45,408 bases of DNA from contig JBGVAK010000025.1 in the NCBI GenBank assembly GCA_045224495.1, positions 1 to 45,408 of the forward strand, read 5' to 3'. Below, in pieces: positions 19,604 to 28,385 of the stretch (the first letter of the stretch is position 1; each line of letters begins with the position of its first letter). This stretch comes from Christensenellales bacterium (GTDB lineage Bacteria > Bacillota > Clostridia > Christensenellales > CAG-138). A program made the translations under genes and the position numbers. The notes beneath the pieces were generated by a model, which was given only the letters and a program-made list of their open reading frames with translations, was not told where the DNA came from and made no database searches.

Positions 19604-19660
19604 AGAGTATACAATACTCTACTCAGCGCCCGATGTCAAGAAAAATATATACTCTTTGAC
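19604..19660 (-). promoter_or_regulatory. Promoter of the CofE-like gene with an overlapping palindromic operator candidate
   Basis: TTGACA-N17-TATTGT on the minus strand; perfect 7-3-7 inverted repeat AGAGTAT-aca-ATACTCT at 19604-19620. Confidence 0.55.
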
Positions 19661-19690
19661 AAAAAATCAGGCAGGTCTCCCTGCCCGATC
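19661..19690 (-). terminator. Intrinsic terminator after nfnB
   Basis: Minus strand ATCGGGCAGG-gaga-CCTGCCTGAT followed by a T run. Confidence 0.75.
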
Positions 19691-19692
19691 CG

Positions 19693-21084
19693 TCAATGCT
19701 TGCTCTGAATATACTTATCCATGGCCGCGGCGGCCTTCTTCCCCGCCCCCATGGCCAGGATGACCGTGGCCGCACCGGTGACCGCATCGCCGCCGGCGTA
19801 GATGCCCTCACAGGAGGTAAGGCCGTCCTCGTCGGTGATGATGCCGCCCCAACGCTGGGTAGCCAGGCCCTCCGTGGTGGACTTGATGAGGGGGTTGGGG
19901 CTGGTGCCCAGAGCCATGATGACGCAATCCGTCTCCAGCTCGAATTCGCTGTCCGGGATCTCCACGGGGCGGCGGCGGCCGGAGGCGTCCGGTTCGCCCA
20001 GCTCCATGCGGATGCAGCGCATGATCACCACGTTTCGATCGCTGTCGCCGATCAGCTCCACAGGGTTGTTCAAGAGCTTGAAGATGATGCCCTCCTCCAT
20101 GGCGTGCTCCACCTCCTCCTTCCGGGCAGGAAGCTCCTCCAAGGACCGACGGTAGACGATGGTGACCGTCTCTGCGCCGAGACGCAGGGCGCAGCGAGCC
20201 GCGTCCATAGCCACGTTCCCGCCGCCCACCACGGTCACGTGCTTGGCGTGCTGGATGGGGGTGTTGGCGTCGGGCTCGTAGGCCTTCATCAGGTTCACCC
20301 GGGTCAAAAACTCGTTGGCGGAATATACGCCCTTCAGGTTCTCCCCGGGGATATTCATAAACTTGGGGAGCCCGGCGCCGGAGCCGATGAACACCGCTTC
20401 AAAGCCCTCCTGCTCCATGAGCTCCTGGATGGACAGGACCCGACCGATGACCATGTTGGTAAGCACCTTCACGCCCATCTTTTCCAGGCCCTCGATCTCC
20501 CGCTTCACGATGGCCTTGGGGAGACGGAACTCGGGGATGCCGTAGCTCAAAACGCCGCCCGCCACATGGAGGGCCTCGTAGACGGTCACGTCGTAGCCCT
20601 TGCGCGCAAGATCACCCGCGCAGGTCAGACCCGCCGGGCCGGAACCCACCACGGCCACCTTATGGCCGTTCTTTTCCGGCAGGTCGGCAGCGCTCTGGGC
20701 GTGGGCGTTGTGATAGTCGGCCACGAACCGCTCCAGGCGGCCGATGCCCACGGGCTCGCCCTTGATGCCTCGGACGCAGTATTTCTCACACTGGCTCTCC
20801 TGAGGGCATACCCGGCCGCATACAGCGGGCAAGGCGCTGTCGGCGGCGATGACCTGATAGGCGCCCTCGAAATCGCCCTCCCGGATCTTGGCGATGAACT
20901 CCGGGATATGGATATTCACGGGACACCCCTGTACGCAGGGGAAGTTTTTGCAGTTGAGGCATCGCTGGGCTTCGTCCAAGGCCAGCTCCTCCGTGTAGCC
21001 CAGGGCCACCTCGTCGAAGTTGTGGGCCCGCACCAGAGGCTCCTGGCTGGGCATAGGATTCTTTTCCTTCTTCATGTTGGCCAT
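19693..21084 (-). CDS. nfnB: NfnB / GltD-like flavoprotein (NADH-dependent ferredoxin:NADP oxidoreductase large subunit)
   Basis: Fe-S motifs RCLNCK..PCVQGCP and CGRVCPQESQCE; GSGPAGL, YGIPEFRL, GGGNVAMD; no glutamate synthase large subunit nearby. Confidence 0.85.
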   Translation of the reverse strand: MANMKKEKNPMPSQEPLVRAHNFDEVALGYTEELALDEAQRCLNCKNFPCVQGCPVNIHIPEFIAKIREGDFEGAYQVIAADSALPAVCGRVCPQESQCEKYCVRGIKGEPVGIGRLERFVADYHNAHAQSAADLPEKNGHKVAVVGSGPAGLTCAGDLARKGYDVTVYEALHVAGGVLSYGIPEFRLPKAIVKREIEGLEKMGVKVLTNMVIGRVLSIQELMEQEGFEAVFIGSGAGLPKFMNIPGENLKGVYSANEFLTRVNLMKAYEPDANTPIQHAKHVTVVGGGNVAMDAARCALRLGAETVTIVYRRSLEELPARKEEVEHAMEEGIIFKLLNNPVELIGDSDRNVVIMRCIRMELGEPDASGRRRPVEIPDSEFELETDCVIMALGTSPNPLIKSTTEGLATQRWGGIITDEDGLTSCEGIYAGGDAVTGAATVILAMGAGKKAAAAMDKYIQSKH

Positions 21085-21085
21085 C

Positions 21086-21928
21086 TTACTTCACCTCCAT
21101 GGAAAACAGATTGCAGGCCGCTTCCCGGGCCTTAGCTTCGAAGGGCTTGTAGGCGGCGCACCGGGCCATGGCCTCGTCGAAGTCCACCTGATGGCCGTCG
21201 AAATCGGGGCCGTCCACACAGGCGAACATCATCTTGCCGCCCACGGACAGACGGCAGCAGCCGCACATGCCCGTGCCGTCGATCATGATGGGGTTCATGG
21301 AGACCACGGTCTTGACGCCGTACTCCTTGGTAAGACGGCAGACGAACTTCATCATGACGAGGGGGCCGATGGCGATGACCTGGTCGTACTGGCGGCCGCC
21401 GTCGATGAGTTTCTTCAATGCGTCGGTCACCAGACCCTTCTCGCCCCAGGTGCCGTCGTCGCTGACGGGGACGAAGGTGGTGCTGTTGGCCCGGAACTCT
21501 TCCTCCAGGATCACCAGGTCCTTGGAACGGAACCCGGCCACCACGTCCACCTCGCAGCCCTGTTCGTAGAGCTTTTTCGCTACGGGGAAGGCGATGGCGC
21601 AGCCTACGCCGCCGCCGATGACCGCTACGCGCTGGAGCCCCTCCGTCTCGGTGGGCTTGCCCAGGGGACCCACGAAATCGGGGATGCACTCCCCCTGCTG
21701 CTTGTGGTTCAGCTTCTCCGTGGTGGCACCCACGATCTGGAAGATGATGTCCACGGTGCCCGCTGACCGGTCGTATCCCGCCACGGTCAGGGGGATACGC
21801 TCCCCGTTCTCCTCCACTCGCAGGATGATGAATTGGCCCGGCTGGACCTTTTTAGCTACCAGGGGCGCTTCGATGCTCATGCGGGTCACCGAGGGATTCA
21901 AGGGTTCCTTTTTCACGATACGAAACAT
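21086..21928 (-). CDS. nfnA: NfnA / PyrK-like FAD/NAD-binding 2Fe-2S subunit
   Basis: Motifs PGQFII, ERIPLT, GGGVG and MIDGTGMCGCCR..CVDGPDF; start at ATG 21928. Confidence 0.85.
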   Translation of the reverse strand: MFRIVKKEPLNPSVTRMSIEAPLVAKKVQPGQFIILRVEENGERIPLTVAGYDRSAGTVDIIFQIVGATTEKLNHKQQGECIPDFVGPLGKPTETEGLQRVAVIGGGVGCAIAFPVAKKLYEQGCEVDVVAGFRSKDLVILEEEFRANSTTFVPVSDDGTWGEKGLVTDALKKLIDGGRQYDQVIAIGPLVMMKFVCRLTKEYGVKTVVSMNPIMIDGTGMCGCCRLSVGGKMMFACVDGPDFDGHQVDFDEAMARCAAYKPFEAKAREAACNLFSMEVK

Positions 21929-21945
21929 GTCGCGTCCTCCTCTGT

Positions 21946-22827
21946 TCATTCAAAACTTCTTATCTTTTCCGCGATCCTTTGGGCGGTGGGCGTGGCGGCG
22001 ATACCGCCCCGCGCCGTCTCCCGAAGGTCCGGGTTCATCATGCGGCCCACGTTGCGCATGGCCGTGACCACCTCGTCGAAGGGGATGATGCTCTCGATCC
22101 CCGCCATGACCATATCGCTGCACAGCACCGCGTTGGCTGCGCCGATGGCGTTGCGCTTGATGCAGGGGCACTCCACCAGCCCGGCCACCGGGTCGCACAC
22201 CAGGCCCATGACGTTCTTGAGGGCGATGGCCGCTGCGTGGAGGCACATCTCCGGTGTACCGCCCCGCAGTTCCGTCAAGGCGCTGGCCGCCATAGCGGCG
22301 GCGGAGCCGGTCTCCGCCTGACAGCCGCCGGAAGCCCCGGCGATGCTGGCGTTGCGGGCGATGATCAAGCCGATGGCGCCAGCGTTGCACAGGCCTCGAA
22401 TCAGCTGTCTTTCGCTCAGATCGTGGGCGTCGCCGTACTGGATGAGCACGGCGGGCAGGATGCCGCTGGCGCCGGCGGTGGGAGCTGCCACGATCCGGCC
22501 CATGGAGGCGTTCACCTCCGTGACCGCCATGGCGGAGGCCACGATGCGGGTCATCTCCGGCCCCATGACCGCGCCGTCCACAAAGGCCATGAGCTTGTCC
22601 GCGTCCTCGCCCATAAGTCCGGTGATGGAGACCTGCTGCTCCTCCAAGCCCACGCGGATGCTTTCACGCATGACCTCCAAATTGGTGCGCATCTCCTGTA
22701 TGATGGCATCCCGGTCCATCTCTTCCCGGGACAGTTCCGCCGCGATGGCCGCTTCGCTTATGGGGATCTGCTCCACGTGGCATATGGTGAGCAATTCCTC
22801 GCCGGATGAAAAGGTATAATCGATCAT
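21946..22827 (-). CDS. sdaAA: Fe-S L-serine dehydratase alpha subunit
   Basis: Motifs IVAAPTAGASG, GGCQAETG and GLVCDPVAGLVECPCIKRN. Confidence 0.95.
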   Translation of the reverse strand: MIDYTFSSGEELLTICHVEQIPISEAAIAAELSREEMDRDAIIQEMRTNLEVMRESIRVGLEEQQVSITGLMGEDADKLMAFVDGAVMGPEMTRIVASAMAVTEVNASMGRIVAAPTAGASGILPAVLIQYGDAHDLSERQLIRGLCNAGAIGLIIARNASIAGASGGCQAETGSAAAMAASALTELRGGTPEMCLHAAAIALKNVMGLVCDPVAGLVECPCIKRNAIGAANAVLCSDMVMAGIESIIPFDEVVTAMRNVGRMMNPDLRETARGGIAATPTAQRIAEKIRSFE

Positions 22828-23483
22828 AGGGTGCAAGCCTCCGTGATGCCGTCCACGTTGTTGACGATCCGCCGCCGGGTGGCCTCATCCACCGGAGTGT
22901 CCGTTTCGATGACCATGCAGGCCCCCTGTCGCCGCTCGGAGCGGAAGACCTTCATAAAGGCTACGTTGATCTTTTCGAGGGCCAGGATGGAGGTCACCTT
23001 GGAGATGATGCCCGGGGCGTCCTGGTGGAAGCAGATGAGGGTTGGATATTCGCCGGAGAAGCTGACCTCCATGCCGTTGATGGAGGTGACCCGGATGCGG
23101 CCGCCGCCGATGGAGATGCCGACGTAGGTGTACTCCTTCCCGTCCTCCCCCTGCACGTAGACCTTGGCGGTGTTAGGGTGCTCCGGCTCCTCGTTGCTGT
23201 AGCTGACCGGGATATCGAGGTCCGCCTCCTTGGCGAGGAGCTTGGCGTAGCGGATGGTCCCCTGGTCCGGGTTCACGCCCAATATGCCCGCGACGATGGC
23301 CGTGTCCGTGCCATGGCCCCGGCCCGTCTCCGCAAAGGAGCCGTACAGGGTCACCCGAGCGGCCTTGACCTTGCCGTTCACCAGGCGGTTCGCCACCTGA
23401 CCGATGCGCACCGCGCCGGCTGTGTGGGAGCTGGAGGGGCCGATCATCCGCGGCCCGATGATGTCGAACAAACTGATGCTCAT
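22824..23483 (-). CDS. sdaAB: Fe-S L-serine dehydratase beta subunit
   Basis: Motifs IGPSSSHTAGA and YGSFAETGRGHGTD; C-terminal ACT domain; start at ATG 23483. Confidence 0.95.
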   Translation of the reverse strand: MSISLFDIIGPRMIGPSSSHTAGAVRIGQVANRLVNGKVKAARVTLYGSFAETGRGHGTDTAIVAGILGVNPDQGTIRYAKLLAKEADLDIPVSYSNEEPEHPNTAKVYVQGEDGKEYTYVGISIGGGRIRVTSINGMEVSFSGEYPTLICFHQDAPGIISKVTSILALEKINVAFMKVFRSERRQGACMVIETDTPVDEATRRRIVNNVDGITEACTL

Positions 23484-23579
23484 GGGGGTCCTTTCCTGAA
23501 AGATTCCACAGATGGATAAAGTATACCATGGCTCGCGGCATAAGAAAAGAGCAAAAAAGAATGTGAATATAATTTTTCG

Positions 23580-23617
23580 AAAAAGAAAGACCTCGCTGTC
23601 CAAAGAGCAGCGAGGTC
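23580..23617 (-). terminator. Intrinsic terminator after the HU gene
   Basis: 10-bp stem GACCTCGCTG/CAGCGAGGTC with a T-rich tail on the minus strand. Confidence 0.75.
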
Positions 23618-23658
23618 AGGATATGCTGTCGCGTCTCGAAAGACGCGATCATCTTCCC

Positions 23659-23931
23659 TTAGTTCAGGATCTCCTTCAGGGACTTGCCGGCCTTGAAAGA
23701 GGGGGCCTTGGAAGCACCGATGCTGATCACTTCCCCGGTCATGGGGTTGTGGCCCTTGCGGGCGGGACGGTCCTTCGCTTCGAAAGCGCCAAAGCCCACC
23801 AGGGAGACCTTCTCCCCGTTCTTCAGAGCTTCCATGATGGTATCGAGAACGCCGTTGACGACCTTGTCCACGTCCTTGCGGGAAACGGCGGTTTTTTCTG
23901 CGACGACAGCAATGAGTTCAGCCTTGTTCAT
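23659..23931 (-). CDS. hup: HU DNA-binding protein
   Basis: MNKAELI...VSLVGFGAFE..R.ARKGHNPMTGE...PSFKAGKSLK. Confidence 0.96.
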   Translation of the reverse strand: MNKAELIAVVAEKTAVSRKDVDKVVNGVLDTIMEALKNGEKVSLVGFGAFEAKDRPARKGHNPMTGEVISIGASKAPSFKAGKSLKEILN

Positions 23932-23968
23932 GAGTTTTCCTCCCAATCGTTTTTTTCGAACGGGTCTT

Positions 23969-23997
23969 ATTTTAGCAGTGATGGACGGTAAAATCAA
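23969..23997 (-). promoter_or_regulatory. Sigma-A-type promoter of hup
   Basis: TTGATT-N17-TAAAAT with an extended -10 TG. Confidence 0.65.
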
Positions 23998-24015
23998 TAC
24001 CCATTTTTAGAAAAA

Positions 24016-25443
24016 TTATTGGAATTCCGTTGTTTTTGCCATTTCCCAATAGACATCCATCTCTTCCAGGGTCATTTCAGTCAGCTTTTTTCCCGCCGTT
24101 TCTACGTTTTTTTCCATCTGCTCGAATCGGCGGATAAATTTGTCCGTCGCCCTGTGAAGGGTCTCCTCCCCGTCAAGACCCAGCAAACGGCATACGTTCA
24201 TGACCGCAAAGAGCAGGTCGCCCATCTCCTTTTCGATGTCCCGGCCCGCATCCATAGCTTCCTGCAGCTCCTGCGTCTCCTCGCCGATCTTGTAGAAGGC
24301 GTCCCGAGCCGTGTCGAAATCGAACCCCACCTTGCGTGCTTTCTTCTGGACCTTCTCCGCCCGCAGCAGGGCCGGGAAGCTCCTGGGCACGCTCCGAAGG
24401 GTGGCGGTCACCGTCTGCTGTCCCTTCTCCTTCTGCTTCAGGGCGTCCCAATTCTTCAACACCTCTTCGCTGGAGCTCACATGGACCGTGCCGAAGACGT
24501 GGGGATGACGGTAGATCAGCTTCTTTACGATCTCCGTGGTCACGTCCCGATCGTCGTACCGCCCCTGCTCCTCCCCGATGATGGGATGGAAGAGTACGTT
24601 CATGAGCACGTCGCCGCACTCCTCGATGATGTGCTCGTCGCTCTGCTCGTCGATGGCGTCCATGAGCTCATAGCACTCCTCGCGCATGTCCTTCTTCAGG
24701 CTCTCGTGGGTCTGCTCCCGGTCCCAGGGACAGCCGTCGGGGGCCCGAAGACGGCGCAGCACGTATAGAAGGTCCTCATAACCGTAGGTCTGCTTCTTCT
24801 CAAAGGGCAAAGCCGGCACAAAGAGGACGGTGGACGCGAAGAACCCCTTCTCCCGGTCCAGGGCATAGAGGGGCACGGTCCGCCGGACGTAGCTGCCGGA
24901 GGGCTGCTGGACGGCCAGGCTCACCGGATGATCGTCCGGGTAGAATCGCTGCAGCTTCAGCTTGACTTCACCGGCCAAAAGAGGATTGTCCAGCTCGGAG
25001 ATATAGAGCGCTGCGTCCGTGTCCGGATCCTGAGGCAGGTCGTTGGCCGTGTATACCTGGCCAGTCTGCGCATCGGGGAAGGCTGCCTCATAGTAGGGCA
25101 CCCCGGGCAGCTGGATGAGCTCGAACCCCTTTTCCATGCAAGCCGTCTGGATGCAGGGCAGCTGAGCGAAGCACCCCCCGCCCATGACGGCATAGACGGC
25201 CGAACCGCCTGAGGTGAGCCTGTCCGCGATGGCCGCATTGAGCTCGTCATAGTCCGTGGACGCGGCATAGAGATCATCCATGGACACGAAATCGAACCCC
25301 GCCTCCAGCACCGGGCGGGCCGAGGGATGCTCTGTCGTCTGCAGATACAGCTTGGGCGCCCTCTCGATGGCCCTCCAGCTGGACAAGGTCATCGTCTCCG
25401 GGGTGCTCAAAGGCGCGATGGTCAGCGTTTTTTTCATGTTCAT
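24016..25443 (-). CDS. mazG: YabN-type tetrapyrrole-methylase-like/MazG nucleotide pyrophosphohydrolase
   Basis: Motifs LRAPDGCPWDREQT, EECYE, EECGD, RHPHVFG and EMGDLLF. Confidence 0.92.
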   Translation of the reverse strand: MNMKKTLTIAPLSTPETMTLSSWRAIERAPKLYLQTTEHPSARPVLEAGFDFVSMDDLYAASTDYDELNAAIADRLTSGGSAVYAVMGGGCFAQLPCIQTACMEKGFELIQLPGVPYYEAAFPDAQTGQVYTANDLPQDPDTDAALYISELDNPLLAGEVKLKLQRFYPDDHPVSLAVQQPSGSYVRRTVPLYALDREKGFFASTVLFVPALPFEKKQTYGYEDLLYVLRRLRAPDGCPWDREQTHESLKKDMREECYELMDAIDEQSDEHIIEECGDVLMNVLFHPIIGEEQGRYDDRDVTTEIVKKLIYRHPHVFGTVHVSSSEEVLKNWDALKQKEKGQQTVTATLRSVPRSFPALLRAEKVQKKARKVGFDFDTARDAFYKIGEETQELQEAMDAGRDIEKEMGDLLFAVMNVCRLLGLDGEETLHRATDKFIRRFEQMEKNVETAGKKLTEMTLEEMDVYWEMAKTTEFQ

Positions 25444-27041
25444 TTCCTTTTTCGCAAGAATCGTTTGATCCGCCCGCCGCCGGGGATGCTGTCCAGCTCC
25501 TCCGGGGAGAAAAGCTCCGTCACGAAGGCCATGGCGAAATAAACCGCCACGCCGACCACCACTGCAGCCAGAGTGGAGATAGTGCCCGGATGGAGGGCAT
25601 AGAAGCCCTTATAAGCCAGGAACACGGCCCCGCCCATGACCAACGAACAGACCAGGGGTTTGAGGAACATATCCCACAGCCGGACCCTAAGTCCGGTCAC
25701 CCGAAGGACCAGGATGGTGTCCAGGATGCCCGCCACCCCGTAGCAGACCACGTTGGAAATGGAAGCCCCCAGGATGTTCACGGCGGGGATGGACAGAAAA
25801 ACGTAGTTGGATACCACTTTCAACACGCCGCCGGCCAGCAAGCTCCACACGGGCCAGTGCTGCCTTCCCATGCCCTGCAGCGCTCCAGTCATGGTCTGGA
25901 CCAAAGAGATGAAGATGACGCTCAGGGAGGCTATATGCATGATGCTGGTGGCGATGGAGAGAGAATCGGGCTGGATGCTGCGAAAGAGCATCCGAATGAT
26001 GGGGCCGCCCAAAACGAACAATCCCGCCGCGCAGGGCATGCCGATGGCCATGGAAAGTTTGAGGCCCAGGCCCGCGAAGTGGTGCATGCCCCCCTTATCC
26101 TTCCGTGCCCTGGCGCCGGAGATGGCAGGCACGATGGACATGGCGAGAGCCGTGGTCAAAGAGGCGGGCAGGTTGATAAGGGAGCGGACGTTGGTGGACA
26201 GGGCCACGTATCGCTGGTTCACGGCGGCTTCGCTCATGTACCGGCCCATACAGGCGAAGATCATCTTCACGTCCAGCATGCTGGTGATGGGGATGATGGA
26301 AGCGCCCAGGGTGATGGGGATGGCGATGCGCAACAGTTCCGGGATCACGGGCCGCTCGTTGGCCGGAGTACGGCTGGCGTCCAGGGGCATATACAGCCGC
26401 CTATTCCGAAAACGGAAGGCCATGACCACCAGCAGGGCCACAAATTCGGAGATGGTGATGCCCAGCAGCAAGCCCGCTGCGCCGTACTCCGGCCCGCGGG
26501 AGATCCAGCGGGCGGCCAGCATGAGGCCCACCACACATTTGACCACCTGCTCCGTCAGCTGGGAAAGGCCCGTGCCCGTCATATGCTGGGCCCCCTGCAG
26601 ATACCCCCGATAGGCGCACATGCAGGAGACGAAGAACAGGGCCGGAGCTAAGGAGGTGAATGAAAGGATGTACGTATCGTCCTTGTTGAGAACAGTGTTG
26701 GCAAAGAAAGCGGCACCAAAATACAAAACGGCGGTGGTGAGAAGGCCTACGATCGCCAGCAGGGCCAGCGCGTGGCGGAACACCCGCCTCGCCCCCGCAA
26801 AGTCGCCCATGCTGAAGCGCTCCGAGACCATGCGGGAGATGGCCGTGGGGATGCCGGAGGAGGAGATGATCAGCAGCCAGGAGTAGAACGGGAACACGAC
26901 CTCATAGTAGACCATGCCCGCTTCCCCTATGATATCATAGGCCCAGATGCGGATGAGCACGCCGATGATCTTGCAGAGGACCCCTGCAAAGGCCAAGATG
27001 GCGGCGCCAGCCACAAAGGAAGTTTTCTTTGTCTTTTCCAT
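25440..27041 (-). CDS. YabM/SpoVB-like MOP-family polysaccharide/lipid II flippase
   Basis: Multiple TM helices; SSSGIPTAISR, YRGYLQG, SQLTEQ; conserved position before yabN; start at ATG 27041. Confidence 0.88.
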   Translation of the reverse strand: MEKTKKTSFVAGAAILAFAGVLCKIIGVLIRIWAYDIIGEAGMVYYEVVFPFYSWLLIISSSGIPTAISRMVSERFSMGDFAGARRVFRHALALLAIVGLLTTAVLYFGAAFFANTVLNKDDTYILSFTSLAPALFFVSCMCAYRGYLQGAQHMTGTGLSQLTEQVVKCVVGLMLAARWISRGPEYGAAGLLLGITISEFVALLVVMAFRFRNRRLYMPLDASRTPANERPVIPELLRIAIPITLGASIIPITSMLDVKMIFACMGRYMSEAAVNQRYVALSTNVRSLINLPASLTTALAMSIVPAISGARARKDKGGMHHFAGLGLKLSMAIGMPCAAGLFVLGGPIIRMLFRSIQPDSLSIATSIMHIASLSVIFISLVQTMTGALQGMGRQHWPVWSLLAGGVLKVVSNYVFLSIPAVNILGASISNVVCYGVAGILDTILVLRVTGLRVRLWDMFLKPLVCSLVMGGAVFLAYKGFYALHPGTISTLAAVVVGVAVYFAMAFVTELFSPEELDSIPGGGRIKRFLRKRK

Positions 27042-27048
27042 ACGATCC

Positions 27049-27077
27049 AGTATACACTTCCCGCCTGCGACTTGCAA
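27049..27077 (-). promoter_or_regulatory. Sigma-A-type promoter, probably yielding a leaderless mRNA
   Basis: TTGCAA-N17-TATACT, then 7 nt to ATG 27041; no Shine-Dalgarno sequence. Confidence 0.65.
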
Positions 27078-27083
27078 CGGGTA

Positions 27084-28367
27084 TTATGGGGATAAAGTGA
27101 GACCGCGAACCAAAATGGGCAGGTTCTCCTTGTAAATGGTCTCGAACTGGGATAACGGAAGCGGGTTTTCCCCTATTCCCGCCTCGACGGTAAATCCGGG
27201 GCGACGCCATGTTTCGATGAACCAGTCCTTATAGCCCGCATACGCGCTGCCGACAGGCGTCTGCTCCAGAGCGTAACCGCTGGCTCGGCTCATGGCTTCG
27301 CCGATGGCTTTAGCCCCGGTGACCTCTTCACCGCCGTACTGCCAGTAGATGGTCCGTCCTTGGGTGTGGTAAGAAAGGGTCAGGGCGAAGTCCTTTTCCT
27401 GCGTCCACTGGGCCATGGCCCGGCTCTCCGGCGTGATCAAGGGCTCGCTGCCTACGTAATCCCGAGGTCCCGGACGGGTGTAACCCAAGCTGAACTTGAT
27501 CCGCCGGGCCACCTTCCATCCCGCCGGATATTGAAGGTTCAGATCGATACCGGATATGTTGCTTTTCCAACTCATGGGAAAGGGGATATCCGGGTAATGG
27601 GCAGAGAGAGCCTTGGCCTGGGCATAGAAGCTGTCCATAGGGTCCAATGCTCCGGTGACCAAGTCCACCCCGTCAGGGTTCACCAGGGGCACCACATGAA
27701 GCGTGACAGTCTCGAATATCTTTTGGGCCTTGACGCCGTCCAACGAACTGCCAGCGACGTAGGCAGCGGCGTACGCCTCCAGGAAACGAAGCAGCACCGG
27801 TACCGTGATCCATTCATTGGCATGATGGGCGGCGTTATACCCCACTTGCCTGCTGCCGCTGCCCAGGGACAAGGCCAGGATAGGCCGTCCCATAACGCTG
27901 CGGCCTATCTCGTATGACGTGAGAAAGGGATAACGCATGGTCAATCCTTTGATCATCAGGGACGTCAGCAGACTGGAATACGGGATCTTCTCCGTGACCA
28001 CGGGCAGGCTCATGGGGATGATCAAAGTCTCCCCGACGGGCAGCGTTTCCGGCGCGAAGGCAGGATTGGCAGCCTGCAGGGCGTCCACACTGGTGCTATA
28101 GGCCTGGGCCAGCTCGTAGAAGGTGTCCCCGGGGACGATCTTGTGGAGGGTATACCCCGCGATATAGGGATACAGGGCTGCCCAGGTGAGCTTCCCCGCC
28201 ACTCCATCGGCGGACAAGCCCTTCTCCCGCTGAAACTGCTGCAGGGCCCTGGCCGTGCGTCGTCCAAAGATGCCGTCCAGGTTCCCCACGTCCAAGCCTG
28301 ATCGCGACAGTGCGTATTGGAGGAGCTTTACCGCATATCCTTCCATACCATACTTCACAACGTTCAT
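27084..28367 (-). CDS. PG-binding + LysM + M14 gamma-D-glutamyl-meso-DAP endopeptidase (YqgT-like)
   Basis: PG-binding domain (DGIFG..T), LysM (GDTFYELA), and M14 motifs HHANEW, NPDG, DLN, SYHTQG and final TVE. Confidence 0.85.
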   Translation of the reverse strand: MNVVKYGMEGYAVKLLQYALSRSGLDVGNLDGIFGRRTARALQQFQREKGLSADGVAGKLTWAALYPYIAGYTLHKIVPGDTFYELAQAYSTSVDALQAANPAFAPETLPVGETLIIPMSLPVVTEKIPYSSLLTSLMIKGLTMRYPFLTSYEIGRSVMGRPILALSLGSGSRQVGYNAAHHANEWITVPVLLRFLEAYAAAYVAGSSLDGVKAQKIFETVTLHVVPLVNPDGVDLVTGALDPMDSFYAQAKALSAHYPDIPFPMSWKSNISGIDLNLQYPAGWKVARRIKFSLGYTRPGPRDYVGSEPLITPESRAMAQWTQEKDFALTLSYHTQGRTIYWQYGGEEVTGAKAIGEAMSRASGYALEQTPVGSAYAGYKDWFIETWRRPGFTVEAGIGENPLPLSQFETIYKENLPILVRGLTLSP

Positions 28368-28385
28368 ATCCTCATCCTTTCCTGA

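Noticed and set aside
23630-23648. Second small hairpin CGCGTCT-cgaa-AGACGCG after hup
   Set aside because: Most simply an mRNA-stabilising stem before the terminator; nothing suggests a separate RNA.
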